The translations under genes and the position numbers were made by a program. The notes beneath the pieces were generated by a model. The model was not told the origin of the DNA. It worked only from the letters and a program-made list of their open reading frames with translations, and did no database searches. Below, in pieces: positions 43,121 through 50,956 of a stretch of DNA of 64,000 nt (position 1 is the stretch's first letter; the number at the start of each line of letters is the position of its first letter). This DNA comes from a virus (lineage: Duplodnaviria > Caudoviricetes), in IMG/VR virus record IMGVR_UViG_3300014039_000024, positions 21,086 through 85,085 of that record; one strand, given 5' to 3'.

Positions 43121-43184
43121 TTGACTTTTCCGATCGGATGTGCTATAATGGCCGGCCCGGGGTGGGACGTCCCGGGCCGAGTTT
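43121..43184 (+). promoter_or_regulatory. Module E8: forward promoter plus 27-nt hairpin
   Basis: TTGACT 43121, 17 nt, TATAAT 43144; CGGCCCGGG-N9-CCCGGGCCG at 43153-43179 then AGTTT. Confidence 0.8.
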
Positions 43185-43457
43185 CCGATCGGTATACCCA
43201 TATGCAAATTTTTTTGAACTTCTAGCACCCCTCCATATGGCCCAGGAAAATCCCGAAAGTTGATTTTTATAAAAAAATATGTTATAATATTAAAAAAGAC
43301 TTTTTTAAACCCGCGTAGGATCATATGCCTTTATGATTAATTGAAAATTGCTTCGCCCTTACATCTTTTCACACCTTTATTTTCATCTAAAAAAATCTTG
43401 ACAAATTTAAAAAAATATTATATAATATATTTACAAAATAAGAAAAGAGGTATTCAT

Positions 43458-43844
43458 ATGGATATGAATGATATTGTTGCTCGTTTGAAGAATGGTGAGG
43501 ACGCTCAGGTTATTGCGGACGAGATGGCTAAGGCACTTAATGATGCTGTTGATCAGGTAAAGGCTGAGTCTAAGACTGCCGATCGTAAGGCTGTGCTTGC
43601 ACAGGAAATCGCCGATCGGATTAACGAGTATGCCGGTCTTAATGGCTACAAGAATTCTTCTCTCAAAGCGGAAGACATTGAGAATATTTTCGAGGAAGTC
43701 TATGGTTTCATGGATGGAGTCGCCGATCTTTTTGACGTGTTGTTCCCTGCGGATAAGCCTAAGAAGAAGGTTGAAGTAAAGCGTTGTAAAAAGTCTGATG
43801 AGGATGCAATTGCCGATTTTTTGAATGCTTTTGTTAATAAGTGA
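43458..43844 (+). CDS. Hypothetical acidic helical protein, 128 aa
   Basis: TTGACA promoter near 43398, AAGAGG RBS. Confidence 0.7.
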   Translation: MDMNDIVARLKNGEDAQVIADEMAKALNDAVDQVKAESKTADRKAVLAQEIADRINEYAGLNGYKNSSLKAEDIENIFEEVYGFMDGVADLFDVLFPADKPKKKVEVKRCKKSDEDAIADFLNAFVNK

Positions 43845-43911
43845 AACCTTCTTCGGGTGGTAAATGAAACATCCTAAGAATTGACAATTTCACCAAGAAT
43901 TGCCTAATACG

Positions 43912-43946
43912 AAAAAAGAGAGACTATTTTTAGTCTCTCTTTTTTT
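43912..43946. terminator. Bidirectional terminator between convergent regions
   Basis: A6-GAGAGACTA-TTTT-TAGTCTCTC-T7. Confidence 0.85.
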
Positions 43947-44126
43947 ATGGGCTACGGAGATCGGATGACGAGGAATAAGGTCTGGTAGTTAGTTGAACCG
44001 ATCGGCAGGGCACAACCGCAATTTCTACCAAATCATTTAAAATTATATAATTTTATCCCACGTCATCCGATTCTTCACCCATCAACTTAATCACTATCCA
44101 GAAGCGAATCAACCAATATAGATCTA

Positions 44127-44201
44127 TTAACGGTCTCTTCCAGCATTCTATATACAATATCCAACAGCCATACCAAGTAAGAAACAAACAATATAAATCA
44201 T
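44127..44201 (-). CDS. 24-aa hydrophobic peptide with one TAG (MIYIVCFLLGMAVGYCI*NAGRDR)
   Basis: GAGGAGG RBS; single TM helix. Confidence 0.45.
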
Positions 44202-44210
44202 AATCCCTCC

Positions 44211-44621
44211 TCAATGAGAACACGTAGTGTTCGAATTTACAAGCAACTCCTCCAACTTTATCTTAAATGCACCATCAAGAATATCATCGGCAAGCGTCCT
44301 TTGCCCCAAATCAACCTCTCCAAGAGACACAGTAATATTGGGTCTATTATCCGCGGACTTGTCTTCAAAGACCGGTTTTACATATCTATACTCACTCTCA
44401 ATATATTCCACTTTTCCCTGCTCTGTAATTCTACCAAGAACCTTACCATTAAATACCAACTTATTACAATCATCCCAAATAAGATAAGCACCTTGCGTAT
44501 TTTCTCTATTAAAGAATTCTCTCTTAGTAGTTGCAATTACATTCCAATTGCGGAAAACGCCTACCTTTTCTCCATTATTCTTTTTCAAAGTTTCAGTATC
44601 AAATTTCATTTCAAATTCCAA
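44211..44621 (-). CDS. Hypothetical protein, ~136 aa, no TAG
   Basis: Track ORF; upstream TTGATT-17-TAAAAT promoter (44797-44769). Exact start uncertain. Confidence 0.6.
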   Translation of the reverse strand: MEFEMKFDTETLKKNNGEKVGVFRNWNVIATTKREFFNRENTQGAYLIWDDCNKLVFNGKVLGRITEQGKVEYIESEYRYVKPVFEDKSADNRPNITVSLGEVDLGQRTLADDILDGAFKIKLEELLVNSNTTCSH

Positions 44622-44723
44622 ATCCTTACTTTCATTTCATAATTTAAAATACTCCCCGGAATATATTCCCCGTATAAACTTAAAAAGAATATACCCCGGC
44701 TTATTATTTTTCATTTCGTTTTT

Positions 44724-44941
44724 AACGAGGGCATTTATGCCCGAAGTCTTTTTTCTTTTATTATTTATATTTTAATATATTATTTAATAAAAATCAAATA
44801 ATACCCTTATCAACGAGGGCATTTATGCTCGAAGCCAATATATTATTTATTATAAATCAAATAAACTCCTAAAGAAATGGATTTTCTTCTATTGATCCAG
44901 GTTTATCATCCCCATCAACGAGGGCACTTGTGCCCGAAGTC
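44724..44941. repeat. Three 25-nt direct repeats with palindromic core
   Basis: AACGAGGGCATTTATGCCCGAAGTC at 44724, AACGAGGGCATTTATGCTCGAAGCC at 44812, AACGAGGGCACTTGTGCCCGAAGTC at 44917. Confidence 0.85.
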
Positions 44942-45135
44942 TCAAATACTACCTTTATTGGTTTAGTATCTGGTGTAGGAATAACTAAATAAATAGTATT
45001 ATCTTTCATATATATATCAGGCTTAATAAAACCTGTTGTATCCATTTTATCAAACTATTCTTGCGTTCCTCTAGCAAATCTAACAATAGATTGATTGCCT
45101 TTTCCTCCCATTACATCTGTATAACTATATGACAT
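44857..45135 (-). CDS. Hypothetical protein, 92 aa, 2 TAG (absent from ORF track)
   Basis: AAGGAG RBS, ATG 45135, TGA stop (MSYSYTDVMGGKGNQSIVRFARGTQE*FDK...). Confidence 0.55.
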
Positions 45136-45167
45136 TTTAACTACTCCTTTTACTCTCATCTATAAGT

Positions 45168-45372
45168 CTTGCAAAAACTGTAGATTTTTTGCAAACTTGT
45201 TTGCAAAAATTCCTTAAATTGCAAATTTGCAAACTTGTTTGCAAAAATTTTGCATTTTTGTATATTATATATTGCTTTGTACAAAATGCAAAAATCATTG
45301 TAAATTGTACAATTGCAATTGCAAATTGTTGCAAAACTTGCAATATTGCAACAAAGTTTTTGCAAAATGCAA
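45168..45372. repeat. TGCA/TTGCAA array, candidate iteron region or origin
   Basis: 15 TGCA plus 2 TGTACA in ~200 AT-rich bp; the 24-mer TTTGCAAACTTGTTTGCAAAAATT occurs at 45188 and 45226. Confidence 0.85.
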
Positions 45373-45774
45373 TTAAAATACAAATTCTACATCTTTTTCT
45401 TTACGTTTTCTCCATCCTTCACTATGGTCTACAGAACTTTTACTAATACCTAATTCCTCAGATATCTAAGTAGAATTCATACCACTTTTAGCCAAATTAT
45501 AAATTTCACTATTAATAACTACTCTTTTGCGACCATAGTTATTTCCATTATTTACTTTATTTATATAATCTTGTTTACTCCTTTCAATAGCCCCTTTAAC
45601 AAAATTTAAACCCATCATAACCATAGGGTCATCTTGAAACTAAGGTTCATTGCCCGTTCCATATTGAACCATATCATAAACAATTTTCATCTACTCTTCA
45701 ATGGGTAAACCTTTTATATTCTCTAACCATTCGCCATAAAATACAAATCTATGTAAATCCTTTGTATTATCCAC
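45373..45774 (-). CDS. DUF6291-like N-terminal domain plus C-terminal HTH (replication-initiator-like), 133 aa, 3 TAG (absent from ORF track)
   Basis: GGGGAGG RBS, GTG start; RFVFYGEWLENIKGLPIEE*MKIVYDMVQYG and IYNLAKSGMNST*ISEELGISKSSV. Confidence 0.7.
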
Positions 45775-45967
45775 GCGGTTTCCCCTCCCCCTATATCTCT
45801 TCGAAGTCAGCTAAGAAGCTCTCATCGACAGAGAATATCCAACAATTATATTGCGGGAACTTTGGGTTTGGCATCATCTACAAAGGGAAATGACCTCTCT
45901 CTACTAGTTTTTCCATTACTCTAAAAGAATATACAATCATATTCTTCTTGGTGTTTTGATTTTCCAT
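45767..45967 (-). CDS. DUF5659-like small protein, 66 aa, 2 TAG (absent from ORF track)
   Basis: IVYSFRVMEKLVERGHFPL*MMPNPKFPQYNCWIF pattern; stop overlaps the next start. Confidence 0.55.
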
Positions 45968-45985
45968 TTGTTAATATACCTGCCT

Positions 45986-46132
45986 TTATTTGCTATGATT
46001 TGTTATATATTCTTTAAGCGCTTGTCTTACAATGTAAGACAAACTCAAATCTAATTCTTTACCCATCTCAGTAAGAATATCTTTATCACCCTATGAAATT
46101 CTAATTGTCATAGTAGTCATATCACTATTCAA
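45986..46132 (-). CDS. Ribbon-helix-helix (CopG/Arc-like) protein, 48 aa, 1 TAG (absent from ORF track)
   Basis: MTIRIS*GDKDILTEMGKELDLSLSYIVRQALKEYI is a canonical RHH pattern; TTG start after AAAGGA. Confidence 0.75.
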
Positions 46133-46281
46133 TTTATTCACATCCTTTCATTATTACATAAAAATACTTATTATTACTTTTTCTTATTTTGTCCTACAAA
46201 ATCATTCTTTATTGATTTTTATTAAATTTTAATATATAATATAACTATAAAATAAAGGAAAATTATTGAAAGGTGATAAAA

Positions 46282-46479
46282 ATGCTTAGTAAGTTTGTAG
46301 ACACGCAGGGTCAAACTCATATTGTCAATACTACTCATATCCATTCAATTGATGTAAAAAACTCTGGCTCTGATAAACTTATGATTATTATATGGGATAA
46401 TGAGACAAAAACCACCTATTATCTCAGGCCATATAAGTATACCGATTTCATCAATACCATTATTAAGGAGAGTATTTAA
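46282..46479 (+). CDS. Hypothetical protein, 65 aa
   Basis: TTGATT/TATAAT promoter near 46212, AAAGGTG RBS. Confidence 0.6.
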   Translation: MLSKFVDTQGQTHIVNTTHIHSIDVKNSGSDKLMIIIWDNETKTTYYLRPYKYTDFINTIIKESI

Positions 46480-46818
46480 ATGTCTGTTAATTTTGGTTCT
46501 AAACTCATATGCGGTTATAAAGTTCCTAAGGGTATTCTCAAGAATTATTCAAATGCTAATGAAGCAATCGCACAATTAGAAGATGAAGGTTATTGGCATC
46601 GCATCAACAGCTATGACTCCAACGAAAATCCCATCTTCGGTTTTCTTCTCGGCAAGTCTTCCGCAGGTGAAGCAACTCGTGTCGATAATATCTTCATCGC
46701 ACCGCAGGAATATTATCGCCTTAATGATACAATGAAGGAAGCATACTCAAAGTTTCTCAAGATTCCCATTGAAGCACTTGACGACCCTGAGATCTTCTTA
46801 CTCTCTACAATCGACTAA
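46480..46818 (+). CDS. Hypothetical protein, 112 aa
   Basis: AAGGAG RBS. Confidence 0.7.
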   Translation: MSVNFGSKLICGYKVPKGILKNYSNANEAIAQLEDEGYWHRINSYDSNENPIFGFLLGKSSAGEATRVDNIFIAPQEYYRLNDTMKEAYSKFLKIPIEALDDPEIFLLSTID

Positions 46819-46832
46819 GAAAGGAAAATAAT

Positions 46833-47087
46833 ATGAAGCAGTTCCCTGTATATTACGAAGCTCGCTATTGGGACGACGATGATAAAATGGATAAACTCAC
46901 GTGCGGTTTTATCTTCGCAGAAACCCTCGCAGAAGCTGGTCAGTGGGCAGAAGATTACTTTGATGATCTTATCACCATTACATTCACTCCCCTCGAGGAA
47001 GGCCCTATCCGCGTCAACCACGAACTTGCCGATAAGATTCTAAAATTTGACGGCGATGATGCTCCATATTCCGCAAAAGTGTTATGA
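46833..47087 (+). CDS. Hypothetical acidic protein, 84 aa
   Basis: AAAGGA RBS. Confidence 0.65.
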   Translation: MKQFPVYYEARYWDDDDKMDKLTCGFIFAETLAEAGQWAEDYFDDLITITFTPLEEGPIRVNHELADKILKFDGDDAPYSAKVL

Positions 47088-47533
47088 TGACTTTTTATTG
47101 CAATAACTGCGGCTATTACCGATCGGCAACCAAACTATGCCAGATTACAGGCAATACAATTGGTCCCAATCACGCAATTTGCGATAATTTCCTTTGCGGT
47201 GAATACTATACTTGTAAAGTATGTCATACACCAATCTTTCATAAACAAATGATTATTGATGATAAAGGAAATACTTATTGCGATAAATGTTGGGCAAAAC
47301 TAAAGACTTGCCAAAATTGTGAACAATTTGTAAACTGCGCGTTTAATGATTCTCCTGACACGCCGAAGATAATCCAAAAGCAAGAAGTCGTTGGAAATAT
47401 GCGAACCGTCACGAACGTTCGTAATCCCGACATTATCGCAAAAACGTGCGAAAAAGATTGTTCTTGTTTCAGTAAAGAAAATGGTTGTATGAGAGATTTT
47501 AATTACTGTGATAATATTAAATATGTTCTTTAA
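47084..47533 (+). CDS. Cys-rich multi-Zn-ribbon protein, 149 aa
   Basis: Several CxxC pairs; ATGA overlap with the previous gene. Confidence 0.65.
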   Translation: MMTFYCNNCGYYRSATKLCQITGNTIGPNHAICDNFLCGEYYTCKVCHTPIFHKQMIIDDKGNTYCDKCWAKLKTCQNCEQFVNCAFNDSPDTPKIIQKQEVVGNMRTVTNVRNPDIIAKTCEKDCSCFSKENGCMRDFNYCDNIKYVL

Positions 47534-47547
47534 AGGAGGAACCGCAA

Positions 47548-48147
47548 ATGTTAATCTTCTTCTTGAAAACGCTGGTGGGCAGTTTTCTTCTACCAATCTT
47601 AATCGTTTTTCTGATTTTAGCTATCAATTCTATCTACGGTACCATCAGTTACTATAAATGTTGCTCCAACCCCAAGGTTCCCCGTTTTCGCGATTGGACT
47701 TATAGTGATAAAATCGACATTCCGCACCAGCTCATTCCTGCCTTTTGGATTGGCGTTTGTTGGTATCTCGTTATTGGAATGTTTGGTGGGATTCTCGTTT
47801 CTGGAACTAATGAAGACTATTCAAATTATGATTATCAGATTATCGAAGCCCAAGAACTGACAAGTATGGATGACGATGGCTGTATCTATACTTATCGTGC
47901 GTTTGATGTAGGTACTGTCTACTATACTTATCTCGCGGTCAGTGATGATGGCATCACTACTACGAAAACTTATCCAGCAAACGACACAGTTCTTGTCTAC
48001 TCTGAACAGGTCCCGCACGTTGAAAAACGACTCCCGCGCTATGGTGATTGGAAAGAGTGGTTCTTTATTTGCTCAAAAGCAACTCGCACATATCTGTATA
48101 TCCCAGAAGGAACAGATGTTGCAAAAGATTATATTGTGGAGAAGTAA
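47548..48147 (+). CDS. Membrane protein, 199 aa
   Basis: AAGGAGG RBS; two TM helices plus a soluble domain. Confidence 0.7.
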   Translation: MLIFFLKTLVGSFLLPILIVFLILAINSIYGTISYYKCCSNPKVPRFRDWTYSDKIDIPHQLIPAFWIGVCWYLVIGMFGGILVSGTNEDYSNYDYQIIEAQELTSMDDDGCIYTYRAFDVGTVYYTYLAVSDDGITTTKTYPANDTVLVYSEQVPHVEKRLPRYGDWKEWFFICSKATRTYLYIPEGTDVAKDYIVEK

Positions 48148-48150
48148 AAT

Positions 48151-48423
48151 ATGAATAAAGGTGAATTGATTTATTTAAAAATGTCTAACGGCGACCGCGT
48201 CTTCATCAATGTAAATGAGATTGTAGCAGTTCTCGCTAATCGAATTGACAGAGAGAATGATGACGATAATAATAGTATCGCTACTGAGGTTCCTGGTGTA
48301 GAACTTGTGTTCTATATGACTGATAAAACTCATTTCGAGTATACCTTCACCGATGGCGATCCTGATGGTATTGCGGTCGTGAGACAACTCAAAAATTTTA
48401 TTACTGATGAGGCATTTGTATGA
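48151..48423 (+). CDS. Hypothetical protein, 90 aa
   Basis: GGAG RBS; DRVFINVNEI pattern shared loosely with 48420 and 46282. Confidence 0.65.
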   Translation: MNKGELIYLKMSNGDRVFINVNEIVAVLANRIDRENDDDNNSIATEVPGVELVFYMTDKTHFEYTFTDGDPDGIAVVRQLKNFITDEAFV

Positions 48424-48662
48424 ACGTAATTATTCATAACTGTCGTGGTTATAAGTATCTTATCAACACAAATAACATTAATAGTGTCGAACTCGTACCT
48501 GCGGATCCTAATAGATTCGCAGAAGACATTGCAAAGAATGGTGGTCCACTCATTCGTATGTTCATTGACTGGTATGGCGGTTCTTCTACTAACATTATGG
48601 TTTCTGTGGAAGTGGCTGAGGAGTTTATGAATCTTTTTGAGGGCGCAGTTGAACTCTTTTAA
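48420..48662 (+). CDS. Hypothetical protein, 80 aa
   Basis: GAGG RBS; ATGA overlap. Confidence 0.65.
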   Translation: MNVIIHNCRGYKYLINTNNINSVELVPADPNRFAEDIAKNGGPLIRMFIDWYGGSSTNIMVSVEVAEEFMNLFEGAVELF

Positions 48663-48721
48663 TTTCTAAATATATTATATCAAAAATTTTGGGTAAAATC
48701 AATTAATGGAGGAAATAATAT

Positions 48722-48937
48722 ATGACTCGTATTCCTGTCTTATTTATTTATGACGCTCTCTACGATGAGATTTATTGCGTTTCAAACGCTAGTGAATCTG
48801 AAGCTCTTGAGATTACTATGTCTGTCTTAGAAGAACATACTGAGAAAGAATATAATTGCTATAAGTTCAACAAACGTATCTATAATGAATCTCTCGCGGA
48901 CATGATTATCTATTATAACTTCGTACCTGTATTATAA
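48722..48937 (+). CDS. Hypothetical protein, 71 aa
   Basis: GGAGG RBS. Confidence 0.65.
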   Translation: MTRIPVLFIYDALYDEIYCVSNASESEALEITMSVLEEHTEKEYNCYKFNKRIYNESLADMIIYYNFVPVL

Positions 48938-49024
48938 AAGGATTTACGCAAGCGTAAATCCTTTTTTGATTTTTTATATTTTTTAATATATAATATATAT
49001 AGAAAGTTAAGAAAGGAAAGAAAT

Positions 49025-49297
49025 ATGAAAAATCATAACTGTGCCGTTATTGCGGATGAAGATATGTATATCAATTATCTTTTCGTTGATACAACCGAAG
49101 CAGACGTTGAAGAAATGATTCTTGCATTTTCCGAAGAAGATCTTGATAACTACATCCAAGAGTATCAGGAATGTGAATACGAAGGCCATCCTGAGTGGGG
49201 TCCTGATTTTTGGATGGGCATGTCGCGCGGAAAGGCCTTATTTCACGCGAGCTATAACTATACTAATGTTGCTTATTTTGATGGTGTCGAACTTTAA
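49025..49297 (+). CDS. Hypothetical acidic protein, 90 aa
   Basis: Repeat promoter/leader, AAAGGA RBS. Confidence 0.7.
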   Translation: MKNHNCAVIADEDMYINYLFVDTTEADVEEMILAFSEEDLDNYIQEYQECEYEGHPEWGPDFWMGMSRGKALFHASYNYTNVAYFDGVEL

Positions 49298-49306
49298 GGA
49301 GGACTT

Positions 49307-49594
49307 ATGAAGAACGTTAGAGTTTATAGAATTACTGATTATGTTGGCGATAATGTCCCACGGATTTATACCTTTACCGGTCTCTCAGAGGCCGATGCGC
49401 AGGAACTTTATTTAGCGTTTCTTGAAGGTCAACTTGAAGATGATATTATGGAAGCTCAGCGTAGAGAATATCTTGGTCTTGAAAAAGATATTAAAGATTA
49501 TTGGAGCGAAGAATATACTTTCGCGGAATGTCTTTATATGGTTCTCGATGGTGGATGCTTTGATTTCCGCTGGTATGATGCTATTGAGTTTTAA
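49307..49594 (+). CDS. Hypothetical acidic protein, 95 aa
   Basis: AAGGAGG RBS. Confidence 0.7.
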   Translation: MKNVRVYRITDYVGDNVPRIYTFTGLSEADAQELYLAFLEGQLEDDIMEAQRREYLGLEKDIKDYWSEEYTFAECLYMVLDGGCFDFRWYDAIEF

Positions 49595-49605
49595 GGAGTG
49601 ATAAA

Positions 49606-50346
49606 ATGATTCCTGGATTATATGATATTTTTAATGAGCGGTGGGTTGGTCAAACAATCTGGGTTATCAGCGACACTCACTTCGGCGACCTAGATCTACG
49701 AACCGGCTATCCCAACCGCATTAGTGATGATGATCTTGTAAAAATATTAAATAGTAAAGCCGGTCGGAAGGACTGCCTCATTCATCTTGGCGATGTAGGC
49801 AATATCTCTTATGCGCGAAAATTGCGTGCTGGTTATAAAGTCCTTATCAAAGGCAACCATGACGCAGGTTCTGAGAACTATAAGCGCAAAATTATTAAAA
49901 AGAAATTCCCTATGGATCAATACCAGAAGGATGAAGCGCTTATGGAAATGAAACATCTTTATCCTGATTGTAAATATTCTATTGATTCAGGATACGATTT
50001 TCGCTCTCCTTTTGAATATTGGGAGGTTTCCGCAGACGATGGCCTTTTTGACGAGGTTTATGAAGGAGCATTAATTGTCGGCGAGAAACTCGTTCTCTCG
50101 CACGAGCCGATCCAAATGAACTGGGCTAAAAATCTTCACGGCCATGATCACAATCATAAGGAAAAAGATATTTATCACAAAAATGTTTGTGTTGACGTAT
50201 TTGGTCCTACCCCGCTTAACCTTAACCAATTTATGAAGAGTGGCCCAACCGCGGAGATTGGTTCAATTCACCGTCAAACCATTGATTCGGCGACTACTCG
50301 TGCGAGAAAGCGTGGATACAAACTCGGTCAGAAGAAGAAAGGGTAA
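49606..50346 (+). CDS. Calcineurin-like metallophosphoesterase, 246 aa
   Basis: SDTHFG, HLGDV, KGNHD, SHEP and LHGHDH motifs. Confidence 0.85.
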   Translation: MIPGLYDIFNERWVGQTIWVISDTHFGDLDLRTGYPNRISDDDLVKILNSKAGRKDCLIHLGDVGNISYARKLRAGYKVLIKGNHDAGSENYKRKIIKKKFPMDQYQKDEALMEMKHLYPDCKYSIDSGYDFRSPFEYWEVSADDGLFDEVYEGALIVGEKLVLSHEPIQMNWAKNLHGHDHNHKEKDIYHKNVCVDVFGPTPLNLNQFMKSGPTAEIGSIHRQTIDSATTRARKRGYKLGQKKKG

Positions 50347-50348
50347 TT

Positions 50349-50510
50349 ATGATTATTATGTTGATTATTATTTTGGCATTTTTCGCCTTTATGTATTATG
50401 ATTTACTGAACGATGATACTATGACTCTTGGTGAGAAGTATTATTACTGCGGTTGGGGTATGTTGATTTGTCTGTTTACTGGATTCATTCAGTCAGTTTT
50501 CTATGTTTAA
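50349..50510 (+). CDS. Small membrane protein, 53 aa
   Basis: AAAGGG RBS; two hydrophobic helices. Confidence 0.5.
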   Translation: MIIMLIIILAFFAFMYYDLLNDDTMTLGEKYYYCGWGMLICLFTGFIQSVFYV

Positions 50511-50583
50511 AATAATAATCCTTTGCTTTTGTATGCTCGGGATTATATCAGTCTTATTTGATGATTTAGATTAAGGAGGTTAT

Positions 50584-50778
50584 ATGATAGAACTTATTTT
50601 AGGTATTCTTGCGATTGGATTCGCTCTATATATCTTTAAGCTCGCGGATGGCGCCGATCCTTATGAGGATATGTTTCTTATTGACACATGCATCGTTACT
50701 GGCACGCTTCTAATTGTGATTTCTATGATTCCGATAATCTCTGGCTTAGCTAAAATCATCTATTGGCTAATCTATTAA
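50584..50778 (+). CDS. Small membrane protein, 64 aa
   Basis: AAGGAGG RBS; two TM helices. Confidence 0.65.
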   Translation: MIELILGILAIGFALYIFKLADGADPYEDMFLIDTCIVTGTLLIVISMIPIISGLAKIIYWLIY

Positions 50779-50787
50779 GGAGACGAT

Positions 50788-50943
50788 ATGTTTGAATTTT
50801 TATATTTCATCGCTTGCGCTATAGTATTATATTGAATGATAAGAAAAATGGAGGATGCGAGCATTGGATACCTCTTAGCGTGTTTTCTTGTAAATGTAGC
50901 AAGTCTTATTGCTATTGTAGATGTTTTAGCTAAACATATGTAA
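50788..50943 (+). pseudogene. Small membrane protein interrupted by one in-frame TGA (50833-50835)
   Basis: AAGGAG RBS; hydrophobic frame continues past the TGA to TAA 50941. Confidence 0.45.
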
Positions 50944-50956
50944 GGAGAAGATAATT

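Noticed and set aside
29759-43184. Integron attC sites or REP/BIME elements
   Set aside because: No RYYYAAC/GTTRRRY boxes, no integrase or REP-associated transposase, and the loops are unconserved.
31544-43263. Long 5' extensions or ORFs running through the hairpin modules (31544, 33489, 35337, 37262, 38817, 41011, 43030)
   Set aside because: They translate promoter and hairpin DNA, lack an RBS, and the true starts with RBS lie downstream.
44724-44941. Mini CRISPR array
   Set aside because: Only 3 repeats, spacers of 63 and 80 nt (unequal and too long), one repeat inside an ORF, and no cas genes. Kept as a palindromic repeat.
45137-45446. Track ORFs 45189-45446 (+), 45156-45383 (-) and 45137-45343 (-)
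   Set aside because: Cys/Lys/Gln-rich translations are by-products of the TGCA array; no RBS; they overlap real recoded genes.
50833-50835. TGA reassignment (table 4)
   Set aside because: Single case. Many genes end in TGA immediately followed by a terminator or the next gene's start, and Trp is encoded by TGG throughout.
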